The notes: generated by a model not told the origin, from the letters alone. Positions 1 to 10,421 are shown, counted from the stretch's first letter. The stretch is DNA of 58,728 nucleotides from Eubacteriales bacterium (GCA_045657225.1 JAZOSR010000082.1:1-58728), one strand, 5' to 3'. Numbers and translations: made by a program.

Positions 1-219
1 CTTGGCAAGCTTGATCTGCTGTGCGATCTCGTGACCCATGTAGGTCTCAAACTCAGCAAGGTTGTCGCACTTGATGGGATTAAAATCCTTGTTCCAGTGT
101 GCCTGACGCTCGGTGATCTTTTCTGGTGCGTCGATACATGCGTCGATCTTGTCAAAATCCCAACCTGCGGGATAGAAGCCCTCAAGTGCAGAGCCCTTAA
201 CGGTAGACATGAAATTCAT
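1..219 (-). CDS. hypothetical protein, N-terminal part only (gene runs off the left edge)
   Basis: ATG at 219 is preceded by AAGGAG 8 nt upstream. The frame stays open to position 1 (73 codons, MNFMSTVKGSALEGFYPAGWDFDKID...). Not in the ORF track because it is truncated. I do not recognise the family. Confidence 0.5.
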   Translation of the reverse strand, partial: MNFMSTVKGSALEGFYPAGWDFDKIDACIDAPEKITERQAHWNKDFNPIKCDNLAEFETYMGHEIAQQIKLAK

Positions 220-262
220 AATTCTGTTCTCCTTTTGTTTTATATTTTATGGTGTTTTTTGA

Positions 263-973
263 TTAGGGAAGGTAGCGCTTGGTCGTGCCCTTGAGGTAAA
301 CGTGGCACTGCTTGAAGCCCTCGGCGTAATCGGCGCCGCACTGATAGCCGCGGTAACGGCAGCAGGTCTTTACCATATCGGGGAAATCGATGTGGTCATG
401 GTCACGCATCCACACGATCTGCGACTCGTGACACTCAAGCATCTCAAGCTTCTTGTCAATGTAGGGCGTTACGTCCACGTATTCGGTGGGGTTAAAGCCA
501 ACGCCCGCAAGCGTATCCATATAGAAGATCGGCACCATTTTGGCAGCACCGGGGGTGTTTACGTGGTAATTCGGCAAGGTGGCGGTAAATGCCGCGTCAA
601 ATACCAGCTTCGAGGTTGCCACGTGGTCGGGCATATAGTCGTTCGGGTCGTGCGTAATAATAAAGTCGGGGTTGACGTACTTAATGACCTCCACGACCTT
701 ATCTCTTGCCTCCTTGTTATTGTCATAAATGGCAAGATCGTCGAAGCCGCCCCAGATCACCTCGTCAAAGCCGGCAAGCGCACCGCTTTTCTTCGCCTCG
801 TTTGCGCGCATCACGGAAAGCTCATCGGGCGGAATGATCACGTGACCGAGATTACCGCTTGACAGGTGGCAAATGACCACGCGGTCACCGCGCTCCTTGC
901 ACTTTAAGAGAGTGCCGGCGCAAGCGATCTCCATATCGTCGGGATGGCAGGAAATACAAAGTACTGTATACAT
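263..973 (-). CDS. PIG-L/LmbE family deacetylase
   Basis: 236-aa ORF with the N-terminal CHPDDMEIACAGT motif (the AHPDD-E zinc site of LmbE/PIG-L) and a later THDPNDYMPDH block. Confidence 0.8.
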   Translation of the reverse strand: MYTVLCISCHPDDMEIACAGTLLKCKERGDRVVICHLSSGNLGHVIIPPDELSVMRANEAKKSGALAGFDEVIWGGFDDLAIYDNNKEARDKVVEVIKYVNPDFIITHDPNDYMPDHVATSKLVFDAAFTATLPNYHVNTPGAAKMVPIFYMDTLAGVGFNPTEYVDVTPYIDKKLEMLECHESQIVWMRDHDHIDFPDMVKTCCRYRGYQCGADYAEGFKQCHVYLKGTTKRYLP

Positions 974-1104
974 GGAAAGATATCCTCCTTACATTATTAA
1001 AATAGCCTTTTTGCTATCTTCCCTTTCATTTTATCACACAACCCCTTGCATTGAAATATAAAATCGGTTATAATAATTATAATATTAGCCACAGAGGTGA
1101 GTCT

Positions 1105-1992
1105 ATGAAAGATAATTTTATAAGATACAGCTTTGACAGGGTGCTAAACGTTGAAAAGCTCATCACCCTCTTTTACGCAGAGTTCTCAAAGGACTTCACC
1201 TACGACGGTGAGCGACACGATTTCTGGGAAATGGTGTACGTTGATCGCGGCGAGGTCATCTGTACCGCGGAAAAGCGAAAATTTGAGCTCAAAAGCGGCG
1301 AGCTGACCTTTCACAAGCCAAACGAATTCCACGCGATCCGCGCGGGCGGCAACTCGGCACCCAACGTATCGATCATCACCTTTCAGTGCAAAAGCCGCGT
1401 GATGCACGACTTTGAGGGCAAGATCTTCCGCCCCACCGCCGAGGAAAAGGCGCTCGTTTCCATGCTTTTCCGAGAGGGACTTTCCGCCTATCAGCTCATC
1501 GACAAAACAAATCCGCTCCTGCAAAAGCTCATCAAGCTTGAAAACGCCCCGTTTGGCAGTAGTCAGATGACGAAAAATCTACTCGAAATCTTTCTCATCA
1601 GCCTGCACCGCAATACCGACGTGCTTGCCAAGAAAAGCCGCTACCATTACAAGGTGGGTGGCATCAGTATTCCCTTTCAGGTCAAGGAGATCGTTGATCT
1701 GCTTGAAAAAAACCTGTACGGGCGCCTTACCGTGGAGGAGATCGCCAAGATGCTTGGCAAGAGCGTGAGCACCGTAAAAAACCTTTTTGCCATCTACCGC
1801 GAGGGGGGCATTATCAAATATTACAACGAATTGAAGATCGAGGAAGCCAAAAAGCTCATCCGCGAGGGCAACTTGAATTTCACACAGATCGCCGCGCTCC
1901 TGCAATTCGACACGCCGCAATATTTTTCGATCTGCTTCAAGCGCTTCGTGCATATGTCACCGCAAGAATATAAGAAATCGATTCTCCACTAA
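1105..1992 (+). CDS. AraC family transcriptional regulator
   Basis: C-terminal double HTH ([21 protein letters not shown] ... [22 protein letters not shown]). I chose the ATG at 1105 with a GAGGTGAG SD rather than the ORF-track start at 1051. Confidence 0.85.
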   Translation: MKDNFIRYSFDRVLNVEKLITLFYAEFSKDFTYDGERHDFWEMVYVDRGEVICTAEKRKFELKSGELTFHKPNEFHAIRAGGNSAPNVSIITFQCKSRVMHDFEGKIFRPTAEEKALVSMLFREGLSAYQLIDKTNPLLQKLIKLENAPFGSSQMTKNLLEIFLISLHRNTDVLAKKSRYHYKVGGISIPFQVKEIVDLLEKNLYGRLTVEEIAKMLGKSVSTVKNLFAIYREGGIIKYYNELKIEEAKKLIREGNLNFTQIAALLQFDTPQYFSICFKRFVHMSPQEYKKSILH

Positions 1993-2021
1993 AAAACTTA
2001 CCCTCCCCGCAAAATTTTTTA

Positions 2022-2050
2022 TTGACAAACGAAAGAAAAAACTTTATAAT
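2022..2050 (+). promoter_or_regulatory. sigma-A type promoter of purC (TTGACA-17-TATAAT)
   Basis: Exact consensus hexamers at 2022-2027 and 2045-2050 with a 17-nt spacer, about 45 nt upstream of the purC start. Confidence 0.65.
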
Positions 2051-2093
2051 ATTTCTTGTAGAAATCCAATCCAATTTAATGAGGAGAACAGAT

Positions 2094-2792
2094 ATGAAAA
2101 AACTGTATCAAGGCAAGACAAAAGACGTTTACCAGCTTGAAAACGGCAACGTGCTTCTGAAGTTCAAGGACGACTGCACCGGCAAGGACGGCGTGTTTGA
2201 TCCGGGCGAGAACTCCGTAGGACTTACGATCGAAGGCATCGGCAAGGCAAACCTCGAAACCTCTGTTTACTACTTTGAGCTCTGCAAAAAGGCAGGCATC
2301 AAAACGCACTACGTCAGCGCGGATATTGAGAACGCCACCATGGAGGGGCCCCCCGCAGAGTGCTTCGGTAAGGCACAGGGCGGCGGCGGACTTGAGGTCA
2401 TTTGCCGTCTGGTTGCAACCGGCAGCTTTGTCCGCAGATACGGCGAATATATCAAGAATGGCACCCGTTTCCCGAACGGCTACGTTGAGTGCACCTTTAA
2501 AAACGATGAGAAGGGCGACCCGCTGGTTACCGGCGAGGGCCTTGACGTGCTTGGTGTTATGACGCCCGCTATGTTCGAGAGCATGAAGGAAAAGACCCTT
2601 CAGATCACCAAGATCGTTGCAGACGACCTCAAGACCATCGGTCTTGACCTTTGGGACATTAAGTTCGAGTTCGGCTACAACAACGGCGAGGTCGTTCTCA
2701 TTGACGAGATCGCTTCGGGCAACATGCGCGTTTACAAGGGCGACGAGATCGTCACCCCCGTTGAGCTGACCAAGCTGATCCTCAACCGCTAA
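2094..2792 (+). CDS. purC: phosphoribosylaminoimidazole-succinocarboxamide (SAICAR) synthase
   Basis: [27 protein letters not shown]... and [13 protein letters not shown] are typical PurC blocks. ATG at 2094 follows a GAGGAG SD. No other pur genes are adjacent. Confidence 0.85.
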   Translation: MKKLYQGKTKDVYQLENGNVLLKFKDDCTGKDGVFDPGENSVGLTIEGIGKANLETSVYYFELCKKAGIKTHYVSADIENATMEGPPAECFGKAQGGGGLEVICRLVATGSFVRRYGEYIKNGTRFPNGYVECTFKNDEKGDPLVTGEGLDVLGVMTPAMFESMKEKTLQITKIVADDLKTIGLDLWDIKFEFGYNNGEVVLIDEIASGNMRVYKGDEIVTPVELTKLILNR

Positions 2793-2810
2793 TAAAACAA
2801 CAAAAAACGC

Positions 2811-2839
2811 GCCAAACGTGATACGTTTGGCTGCTTTTT
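2811..2839. terminator. bidirectional rho-independent terminator (purC / nhaC convergent)
   Basis: GCCAAACG-tgata-CGTTTGGC hairpin followed by TGCTTTTT, with an A-run on the other side. Confidence 0.7.
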
Positions 2840-2847
2840 CAATACCG

Positions 2848-4170
2848 TCATTGATCTTTTTTCTTTCTGCTCGGAATGAACATAAAGATGATTGCGCTGG
2901 CGGCGAGCAGATATTGATAAAACATAAAGGGGAGCATTTCAACAGCGCCGACGCCCGTCATGGCGGCAGCCGTGATCAGCTGAGCGCCGTAAGGAATAAG
3001 CCCCTGCACAACACTGCCGAAAATATCAAGGATCGACGCCGTTTTGGTGTTGGTGATGCCGTACTCCTCGCTGATGTTTTTCGCAATGGGTGCCGCCATC
3101 ACGATGGCGACCGTATTGTTTGCCGTTGCAACGTCCATTGCCGAAACAAGCGTTGCAATACCAAGCTGACCGCCAACGTGTCCGCGGAACACGCGCTTGA
3201 TGCCGTAAAGCAACGCGTCAAATCCGCCATACGCACGCATGAGTGCTGAAAGCATAGACACCAGAAGCGTGACGATGATCACCTCAAACATACCCGAGGC
3301 ACCTGCGCCCATCGAGGCTATCACAGCAGATACCGTTGTGCCAAGGCAAAGCTTGACAACAAGTGCCGCGAAAATGCCCGTGAGCAAAACCAAAAAGACG
3401 TTAATTCCCACAACGCCCCCCACCAAAACGAGGAAATAGGGCAACAGCAGCCACAAATTGATCTCGCCGGGTTCATAGGCACTGACCTCGCCGCCAACAA
3501 AAGCGATCACCAAAAGGATCACGACCGTAAGGATCGCCGCGGGGAGCGCGATCAGGAAATTTTCCTTAAACTTATCGCGCATCGCGCACCCTTGTGTGCT
3601 GGTCGCGGCGATCGTCGTATCCGAAATAAAGGAAAGGTTATCGCCAAACATAGCACCGCCGACAACGGACGCGATAAATAACACGGGGGAAATTCCCGTA
3701 GCCGTCGCGACAGCCGCGCCGATCGGCGCAATGACCGCAATGGTGCCGCAGGAGGTTCCCATTGCCGTTGACACAAAGCAGGAAACCGCAAAGATCACCA
3801 CCACGGAAAATTTCGCGGGAATAAAGCTGAGCATCAGATCCGCCACCGCCTGCGCGCCCTCTCTGCCGAGAATGCCCGCAAACACGCCGGCACAAAGGAA
3901 GATCAGGATCATGGTCACAATGTTTTTATCAGCCACACCTTGTGCCATTACCGAAAGCTTTTCCTCAAAAGGAAGCGTCCTGTTTTGCAGACAAGCAACC
4001 AAAATCGCGGCAAGGAAGCCGACCACCACGCTCATTAAGTAAAAGTCGTCAAATATGATGCTAACGCCCATATAGATCACCAAAAATACGGCAATCGGCA
4101 AGAGCGCCCAAGCATTACCCTTAGCTATCCCTCCGCGGGTTCTTTCCGTCAGTTTCTTCTCATTTTCCAT
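2848..4170 (-). CDS. Na+/H+ antiporter NhaC family protein
   Basis: 440-aa polytopic membrane protein. The blocks GTSCGTIAVIAPIG and GGAMFGDNLSFISDTTI are NhaC-like. Confidence 0.8.
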   Translation of the reverse strand: MENEKKLTERTRGGIAKGNAWALLPIAVFLVIYMGVSIIFDDFYLMSVVVGFLAAILVACLQNRTLPFEEKLSVMAQGVADKNIVTMILIFLCAGVFAGILGREGAQAVADLMLSFIPAKFSVVVIFAVSCFVSTAMGTSCGTIAVIAPIGAAVATATGISPVLFIASVVGGAMFGDNLSFISDTTIAATSTQGCAMRDKFKENFLIALPAAILTVVILLVIAFVGGEVSAYEPGEINLWLLLPYFLVLVGGVVGINVFLVLLTGIFAALVVKLCLGTTVSAVIASMGAGASGMFEVIIVTLLVSMLSALMRAYGGFDALLYGIKRVFRGHVGGQLGIATLVSAMDVATANNTVAIVMAAPIAKNISEEYGITNTKTASILDIFGSVVQGLIPYGAQLITAAAMTGVGAVEMLPFMFYQYLLAASAIIFMFIPSRKKKDQ

Positions 4171-4259
4171 ACCGTCTATCCACCTTTTTATCTGTTGTAA
4201 AAAAAGATACTTGGCACAAACGCACCGAAATATCCGTTATGATCGTCACGATACGCCGA

Positions 4260-5084
4260 TCAATCCTTGACCACGTGTACGTCAAGCTGCGGGAAGGGCA
4301 CCGAAATACCTGCGGCATCAAACGCGGCAAGCACCTGCTCCTTCAAGTCAAAATTAACCGTCCAATAATCGCCGCTCTTTACCCACACACGCGTGACGAA
4401 ATCAAGCGAAGAAGCACCGTGCTCGGTAAGGCGCACCAAAGGTGCTTTATCCGTCAACACCTTTTCGTGCTTAGTTACCACATCCATAATAATTGCCTTG
4501 ACCTTCTCCACATCCGAGCCGTAAGCCACGGAGAAGGTAAGATCCACGCGGCGGGTATCCTTCGTGCTGTAATTGGTGATATTAGCCGCTGTAATGGTGC
4601 TGTTCGGGATCGTGAGCACCTTATTGTCACCCGTTACAAGCTTGGTGCAGGTGATATAAATATGCTGTACCGTGCCGCTATTTCCGTCGATGTCTACGAA
4701 ATCACCCTCCTCAAAGGGCTTTGTTGCCACCAGCATAATGCCGGAGGCGAGATTGGAGATCACGCCCTGCACAGCAAGCGAGATCGCCAAGGTCAGCACG
4801 CTGAAGATCGCAACCAGCGAGGTCGTGTCCACACCCAGCATCGAGAGCAGGATGATCACATACAAAATGACGAGCGCCGCCTTGATCAGCGAGATCAAAA
4901 AATTACCTGCCGCACCCTTCAGCCTTGATTTGGGCGAATTGATCACCTTTCTCACAATCGAAAGCGCAACCTTCATGACGATCGCGCCGATCACGAGGAA
5001 CAGTACAAACTTTATAATGTTGTGCCAGTTGCCCATCACGGTGCTTTTGACCGTTTCCCACAAACCGTTAAACCATTCTGCCAT
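4260..5084 (-). CDS. mechanosensitive ion channel (MscS) family protein
   Basis: Three N-terminal TM helices followed by an MscS beta-domain (FEEGDFVDIDGNSGTVQHIYITCTKLVTGDNKVLTIPNS). ATG at 5084 follows an AGAGGAG SD. Confidence 0.85.
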   Translation of the reverse strand: MAEWFNGLWETVKSTVMGNWHNIIKFVLFLVIGAIVMKVALSIVRKVINSPKSRLKGAAGNFLISLIKAALVILYVIILLSMLGVDTTSLVAIFSVLTLAISLAVQGVISNLASGIMLVATKPFEEGDFVDIDGNSGTVQHIYITCTKLVTGDNKVLTIPNSTITAANITNYSTKDTRRVDLTFSVAYGSDVEKVKAIIMDVVTKHEKVLTDKAPLVRLTEHGASSLDFVTRVWVKSGDYWTVNFDLKEQVLAAFDAAGISVPFPQLDVHVVKD

Positions 5085-5147
5085 GTTTTTTCTCCTCTTT
5101 ATTTTGTGTTTTAGGCACGTCACGTGCCAAGTAAACAGCATTAAAAT

Positions 5148-6164
5148 TTATTTTAAAAGCTCGTTTTCAAGCCCCGTTTGCAGCGCATTGCCCGCGAGCA
5201 GCAGGAAGCGATATCCGCCATCCTCACCAATCGCGACCACACGCAGTGTTGCATAGTCAAAGAAAACAGTCGGCACCCTGCCCGCAACCTGCGCAAGCGG
5301 GGGCACCTCATCGGAAAGCAGCTCCACCGCAAGCGGCATTGCCAAGGCTCTTGCCAGCATAACCGCCGTCGCTCGCAGCGTCGCTGTGGCGACAGGCAGA
5401 TCAAAAACACCGACCTCGACCTCGCTTAAAACACCGAGCCTTTGCAAGCGGGCGTCCACGCGAGCGGCAAAATCATCGTTACTTTCTCCGAACATTTCGG
5501 CAAAGGCACTTGCTATTGCGGCATCACCGCTTTGCAACCACGCCCTGAGCAAATTGCTCACCGTATAATTGCCGAGTATCGTGCCCGTAAGCGACACCAC
5601 CGTATCGGGTGTAAGCACCGCGCCCTCGCGCTCCAGCTCTTCCGTTACCGTGAGCATCACGGCAAGGCGGCGGGCAAGCGTTGCGTCAACCGCTGTTTGC
5701 CCACCCACGTCATAGCGCAAAACGAGATCCGCCGTGCTCGCCATCAGCAGAGCATCGACACCGCTTGGTGCCGTCGTTACCGTCACGCCCTCCTCGCTTT
5801 TCAGCGCAAACAAGGGCGGCTTTACATCGGTACGCTCTACCACGTAGTCGCACAGTGTACATTTAAGCATCGTATAGCCTTCCTCCGCTTCAGTTGGAGG
5901 CACCACGGTCACCGTAAACTCGTGCAGTCTTTTTGTCTGGTCCGCGGGGATCTCCACCGAGTCGGTAACGGCAAGGTGGCAAATTTTACAGTAGCGCACC
6001 TCTTGTCCGACTGTAATACAGCTGGCAGGTACCACCTCGTACCGATTACCAAACACGTGCGCGTGCTCACCCGAAGGATACAAATGAACAGTTTCCGTCG
6101 TACCGCAGGCGACAAACAGCACAAGAAACACAAGCAAAAAGCAAACAACTTTTAAAAATCTCAT
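5148..6164 (-). CDS. putative lipoprotein; C-terminal half resembles a degenerate serine D-Ala-D-Ala carboxypeptidase (S11) fold
   Basis: Signal peptide plus lipobox (LVLFVAC). Two CxxC pairs (YCKIC, KCTLC). The C-terminal half has an SGD-AAIA block like the SGN motif of S11 peptidases, but no intact SxxK. Confidence 0.6.
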   Translation of the reverse strand: MRFLKVVCFLLVFLVLFVACGTTETVHLYPSGEHAHVFGNRYEVVPASCITVGQEVRYCKICHLAVTDSVEIPADQTKRLHEFTVTVVPPTEAEEGYTMLKCTLCDYVVERTDVKPPLFALKSEEGVTVTTAPSGVDALLMASTADLVLRYDVGGQTAVDATLARRLAVMLTVTEELEREGAVLTPDTVVSLTGTILGNYTVSNLLRAWLQSGDAAIASAFAEMFGESNDDFAARVDARLQRLGVLSEVEVGVFDLPVATATLRATAVMLARALAMPLAVELLSDEVPPLAQVAGRVPTVFFDYATLRVVAIGEDGGYRFLLLAGNALQTGLENELLK

Positions 6165-6197
6165 ACCGTTCCACCTCCTTTTCGGTACTAAATGATA

Positions 6198-6536
6198 TTA
6201 TTGCTGAAGCCACGGCCTTGCCGTTAACGCAATCAGAAGCCTCTTGCTATCAGGCTGCACCTTTGCCTCGTGCGCCGCACGGTTACGGTGTAGCTGACCG
6301 CATTTTTGACAGCGGTAAAGGATCACGAATCCGCGCCGCGCATCGGGCTGTGCGCTGATCGGCTCCATTGCGCCGCCACAGGTATTGGCGCGATCACCGG
6401 GATTAACGTCCACGTGCAAGCTCCAAAGACAAAACGGACAATGATCGCGCGAGGTAAAGCCAAGCGCCTCTACTTGCTTGCCGCAATGCGCGCAAATAAA
6501 GCCGCTATCGTTTTTTGAAAATCTTTTTTGTTCCAT
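6198..6536 (-). CDS. RNHCP domain-containing protein
   Basis: FICAHCGKQV ... SRDHCPFCLWSLHVDVNPGDRANTCGGAM ... YRCQKCG matches the RNHCP zinc-ribbon family signature. Start taken at MEQKRF. Confidence 0.7.
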   Translation of the reverse strand: MEQKRFSKNDSGFICAHCGKQVEALGFTSRDHCPFCLWSLHVDVNPGDRANTCGGAMEPISAQPDARRGFVILYRCQKCGQLHRNRAAHEAKVQPDSKRLLIALTARPWLQQ

Positions 6537-6597
6537 GTAGCACAAAAGGCGACGACACGCCCGTGCTTTGCGCGGGCGTGTATCAATGTTTGCTCCT

Positions 6598-7539
6598 TTA
6601 TTTCTTCAATTCAAGCGCAAGCTTTGCTTTCGCCGCAATGTTAGCAGGCGTAAGACCGTACATTTCAAGCAGTGCAGGCACCGTACCCGAGCGACCGAAC
6701 TCGTCATTCACGCCAACACGCACCACGGGAACGGGGCATTTCTCGCATACGGTTTCTGCTACGGCGGCACCAAGACCACCGATAATGCTATGCTCCTCTG
6801 CGGTCACGATCGCACCCGTTTCGGCAGCTGCCTTAAGGATCAGCTCCTTATCAAGCGGCTTAATGGTATGAATATTGATCACACGTGCGTCAATTCCCTC
6901 CTCGGCAAGCATGGCGGCGGCGGTATTTGCCATATCCACCATAATACCGGTTGCCACGATCGTCACGTCCTTGCCGTCACGCATCGTCACACCCTTGCCA
7001 AGCTCAAACTTGTAAGTAGCGGGATCGTTAATCACCGAAACAGCAAGACGCCCAAAACGCAAATAAACGGGACCGTTATGGAGAATTGCAGCCTCCACAG
7101 CAGCACGTGCCTCCACGGCATCGGAGGGATTGATCACCACCATACCGGGAATCGTGCGCATCAGCGCAATATCCTCGTTGCATTGGTGGGTAGCACCGTC
7201 CTCACCAACGGTAATGCCTGCGTGCGTTGCGCCGATCTTCACGTTGAGGTGGGGGTAACCGATCGAGTTACGCACCTGCTCAAACGCGCGACCTGCCGCA
7301 AACATCGCAAAGGTGGAGGCGAACGGGATCTTACCCGCCGCGGCAAGACCTGCCGCCACAGACATCATATTGCCCTCGGCAATACCGCAGTCAAAATGGC
7401 GATTCGGGAACTTCTTCTTGAAAATACCTGTTTTGGTTGCCGCCGCAAGATCGGCGTCAAGCACTACAAAATTGTATTTATCGCCAAACTCAGCAAGCGC
7501 GTTGCCGTAGGCTTCTCTGGTTGCAATCTTATCTGCCAT
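6598..7539 (-). CDS. transketolase, C-terminal (pyrimidine-binding) subunit
   Basis: 313 aa, with TREAYGNALAEFG ... DADLAAATKT ... FDCGIAEGNMMSVAAGLA, typical of split transketolase. Confidence 0.9.
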   Translation of the reverse strand: MADKIATREAYGNALAEFGDKYNFVVLDADLAAATKTGIFKKKFPNRHFDCGIAEGNMMSVAAGLAAAGKIPFASTFAMFAAGRAFEQVRNSIGYPHLNVKIGATHAGITVGEDGATHQCNEDIALMRTIPGMVVINPSDAVEARAAVEAAILHNGPVYLRFGRLAVSVINDPATYKFELGKGVTMRDGKDVTIVATGIMVDMANTAAAMLAEEGIDARVINIHTIKPLDKELILKAAAETGAIVTAEEHSIIGGLGAAVAETVCEKCPVPVVRVGVNDEFGRSGTVPALLEMYGLTPANIAAKAKLALELKK

Positions 7540-7552
7540 CTTAGTTCCCTCC

Positions 7553-8386
7553 TTAAATCTTTGCCTTGCTGCGAATTTCCTTCACAGCCTGCTCATACTG
7601 CTCATCGTTGGGTGCCGTTCCGTGCCAGCCGACCTGGTTTTCCATAAAGGAAACACCCTTGCCCTTTACGGTGTCAAAGATGATCGCGCTGGGCTTGCCC
7701 TTGCAAGCCTTTGCCTTTTCAAACGCCTTTTCGATCGCGTCGAAATTATGTCCGTCAGCCTCGATTACGTTAAATCCAAACGCCTCAAACTTCTTGTCGT
7801 GGGGTCTCGGGTTCATAACCTCGTCGATCGTACCGTCGATCTGCAGACCGTTAAGGTCAAGGATAAGGCAGAAATTATCAAGCTTGTAGTGTGCGGCAAA
7901 CATGCACGCCTCCCAAACCTGGCCCTCCTCGCTCTCACCGTCGCCGACAACAGCGTATACACGATAGTCCTGACCGTCGATCTTAGCAGCAAGCGCCATG
8001 CCACAAGCCGCAGAAATGCCAAGACCGAGCGAACCCGTGGTCATATCAACGCCGGGGGTATGCTTCATGTCGGGGTGACCCTGCAGAAAAGAGTCAATCT
8101 TACGCAGCTTTGAAAGCTCCTCGCGCTCAAAATAGCCGCGCTCGGCAAGTGCCGCGTAAAGAGCGGGAGCGGTGTGACCCTTTGAAAGCACCAAGCGATC
8201 GCGATCGGGCTTTGCAGGATTCGCGGGATCTACGTTCATTTCCTCAAAATACAAGTACGTAAGCACATCAGTGATCGAAAGCGAACCGCCGGGATGTCCC
8301 GATTTCGCCTCGTGCGTTTCTTCCAAAATATCAAGTCGGATCTGTGCCGCTATTTTTGAAAGCTGTTGTTTTTTTGCTCTGTCCAT
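7553..8386 (-). CDS. transketolase, N-terminal (TPP-binding) subunit
   Basis: 277 aa, with SGHPGGSLS ... DRLVLSKGHTAPALYA ... VVGDGESEEGQVWEA (TPP motif). Confidence 0.9.
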   Translation of the reverse strand: MDRAKKQQLSKIAAQIRLDILEETHEAKSGHPGGSLSITDVLTYLYFEEMNVDPANPAKPDRDRLVLSKGHTAPALYAALAERGYFEREELSKLRKIDSFLQGHPDMKHTPGVDMTTGSLGLGISAACGMALAAKIDGQDYRVYAVVGDGESEEGQVWEACMFAAHYKLDNFCLILDLNGLQIDGTIDEVMNPRPHDKKFEAFGFNVIEADGHNFDAIEKAFEKAKACKGKPSAIIFDTVKGKGVSFMENQVGWHGTAPNDEQYEQAVKEIRSKAKI

Positions 8387-8589
8387 TTTGTCCTCCTATT
8401 TTTACCCGATGGGTTTTTTATTTTGTTATAATGTGATTGCGCGGGAAAAGAAATTCGGTATCGCACCGTGATCTTTCGCACTTTGGAAAAACAAGAAGCA
8501 CCGTCGCATTTCTTTTTCGATTTTTTCTCTCGTTTTACACAAGGAATGATTCTTGATCAAAGACGCGAAAAGTGTTTGAATCCAAAGAG

Positions 8590-8752
8590 TTTTTCACAGT
8601 TTCCACAGAGTTTTCCACAGGCTGCGCGAGCGCTTCTTTTGCCCCGTTCATTCTTTCCAAATTTGGAAAAAGCGGAAAATAAAGGAAATTGCTTCCCACA
8701 AAAGCCCTTATTTCTTTTTTCTGCGCCGTTTTTCTTCCCACATCAATAAAAT
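8590..8752 (+). promoter_or_regulatory. cluster of five same-strand DnaA-box-like 9-mers plus a 16-bp palindrome
   Basis: TTTTTCACA (8590), GTTTCCACA (8599), TTTTCCACA (8611), CTTCCCACA (8692) and CTTCCCACA (8744). The palindrome TTTCCAAATTTGGAAA lies at 8654-8669. Functional assignment is inference. Confidence 0.35.
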
Positions 8753-8780
8753 TCGATTTTTTTCTCGAATTTACCGTTCG

Positions 8781-10139
8781 TCAGTTCTTCAAGCTGTGCA
8801 CAGGCGCGGGGATTCTGCCGCCGCGACAAATGAATTTCGCGGGAGAATACGGGCGCAGGGACATGATCGGCGCCGTACCGAGCAATCCGCCGAATTCCAC
8901 GCTATCGCCCTCTTTTTTACCATACGCGGGAATAATACGCACCGCTGTTGTTTTGGTGTTGGCAACGCCGATCGAGATCTCGTCGGCGATCACGCCGCAA
9001 ATGACCTCCTCCGTGGTGTCGCCGGGAACGGCGATCATATCAAGACCGACCGAGCAAACGGCAGTCATTGCCTCAAGCTTCTCGATTGAGAGCGCACCGC
9101 GTCGGACGGCGGCGATCATACCCTCGTCCTCGGATACGGGGATAAACGCACCCGAAAGTCCGCCAACGTGAGAGGAAGCCATTACGCCACCCTTTTTCAC
9201 AGCGTCATTGAGCATTGCAAGCGCGGCGGTCGTGCCGTGTGCACCGCAGCATTCAAGACCCATCTCCTCCAAGATACGCGCAACCGAATCTCCGATAGCG
9301 GGGGTGGGCGCAAGCGAAAGGTCGATAATACCAAAGGGTACGTTTAGGCGTTTTGCCGCCTCACTTGCCACCAGCTGACCGACACGTGTGATTTTAAATG
9401 CGGTTTGCTTGATAACGTCCGCCAATGCCGAAAGGTCGCAATCACCCGCGCGGCGAATGGCAGCGGCAACTACACCGGGACCCGAAACGCCCACGTTGAT
9501 CACACTTTCCGCCTCGCTGACACCGTGGAACGCGCCCGCCATGAAGGGATTATCCTCGGGAGCGTTTGCAAACACAACGAGCTTTGCGCAACCGATCGAC
9601 TGATTGTCACGCGTCAGATACGCGGCGCGCTTGATCGCGCTACCCATTAAGCGTATCGCGTCCATATTAATACCCGCCTTGGTGCTTGCTACGTTCACGG
9701 AGGCACAGACGTTACGGGTTTCGGCAAGCGCCTCGGGAATCACGGAAATGAGATTTTTATCCCCTACCGTCATGCCCTTTTGCACCAATGCGGAATAGCC
9801 GCCAATGAAGTTGATGCCAAGGTTATCGGCAGCCCGCTGCAGCGTGTGTGCCAGCTTCAAATATCCCTCAGGAGAAATAGCACCGCCGACAAGCGAGATC
9901 GGCGTAAGCGACACGCGCTTATTCACGATCGGCACACCGTACTCACGCTCGATGTCAACACCCGTTTTCACCAGGTGCTCCGCCGTATGCGTGATCTTAT
10001 CGTAAACCTTTTGGCAAAGACGGTTCTCATCCTCGCTGACGCAATCAAGCAAGGAAATACCCATCGTAATGGTACGTATATCGAGGTTTTCCTCGCGTAT
10101 CATACCAATCGTTTCTAAAATATCAGCAACGTTCAGCAT
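8781..10139 (-). CDS. UPF0210 / DUF711 (PFL-like) family protein
   Basis: 452 aa starting [33 protein letters not shown], the characteristic N-terminus of this family. Paired with the upstream ACT protein as usual. Confidence 0.85.
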   Translation of the reverse strand: MLNVADILETIGMIREENLDIRTITMGISLLDCVSEDENRLCQKVYDKITHTAEHLVKTGVDIEREYGVPIVNKRVSLTPISLVGGAISPEGYLKLAHTLQRAADNLGINFIGGYSALVQKGMTVGDKNLISVIPEALAETRNVCASVNVASTKAGINMDAIRLMGSAIKRAAYLTRDNQSIGCAKLVVFANAPEDNPFMAGAFHGVSEAESVINVGVSGPGVVAAAIRRAGDCDLSALADVIKQTAFKITRVGQLVASEAAKRLNVPFGIIDLSLAPTPAIGDSVARILEEMGLECCGAHGTTAALAMLNDAVKKGGVMASSHVGGLSGAFIPVSEDEGMIAAVRRGALSIEKLEAMTAVCSVGLDMIAVPGDTTEEVICGVIADEISIGVANTKTTAVRIIPAYGKKEGDSVEFGGLLGTAPIMSLRPYSPAKFICRGGRIPAPVHSLKN

Positions 10140-10151
10140 ATTGTCTTATCC

Positions 10152-10421
10152 TCAAATGTGGTGCATGGTATTAAAAATATCCTCGTGCATGGCACGAATG
10201 TCCAGCATCTTTTCCTTGCCCATTTTGGCAAGCCCCTCCGCAAAATCCGCAAAGGGCAGATCAAGGCTATCGATCTGCGCGATCATGATCATGGCAAAAT
10301 ACTCGGAAAGCACGCTCTGCGTGATCTCGGTAATATTTGCCTTGTGCTCTGCGCAAAACGCGCTGACCGATGCAATAATGCCAACCGTATCCTTGCCGGT
10401 AACAGTAATAACCGCCTTCAT
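10152..10421 (-). CDS. ACT domain-containing protein (UPF0237)
   Basis: MKAVITVTGKDTVGIIASVSAFCAEHKANITEITQSV... Start at 10421 follows a GGAGG SD. The ORF-track upstream extension lacks support. Confidence 0.85.
   Translation of the reverse strand: MKAVITVTGKDTVGIIASVSAFCAEHKANITEITQSVLSEYFAMIMIAQIDSLDLPFADFAEGLAKMGKEKMLDIRAMHEDIFNTMHHI

Noticed and set aside
2335-2400. A Gly/Pro-rich insertion ([16 protein letters not shown]) in PurC, as a possible frameshift artefact or pseudogene.
   Set aside because: The reading frame is continuous and the conserved PurC blocks on both sides stay in frame. It is probably a lineage-specific loop.
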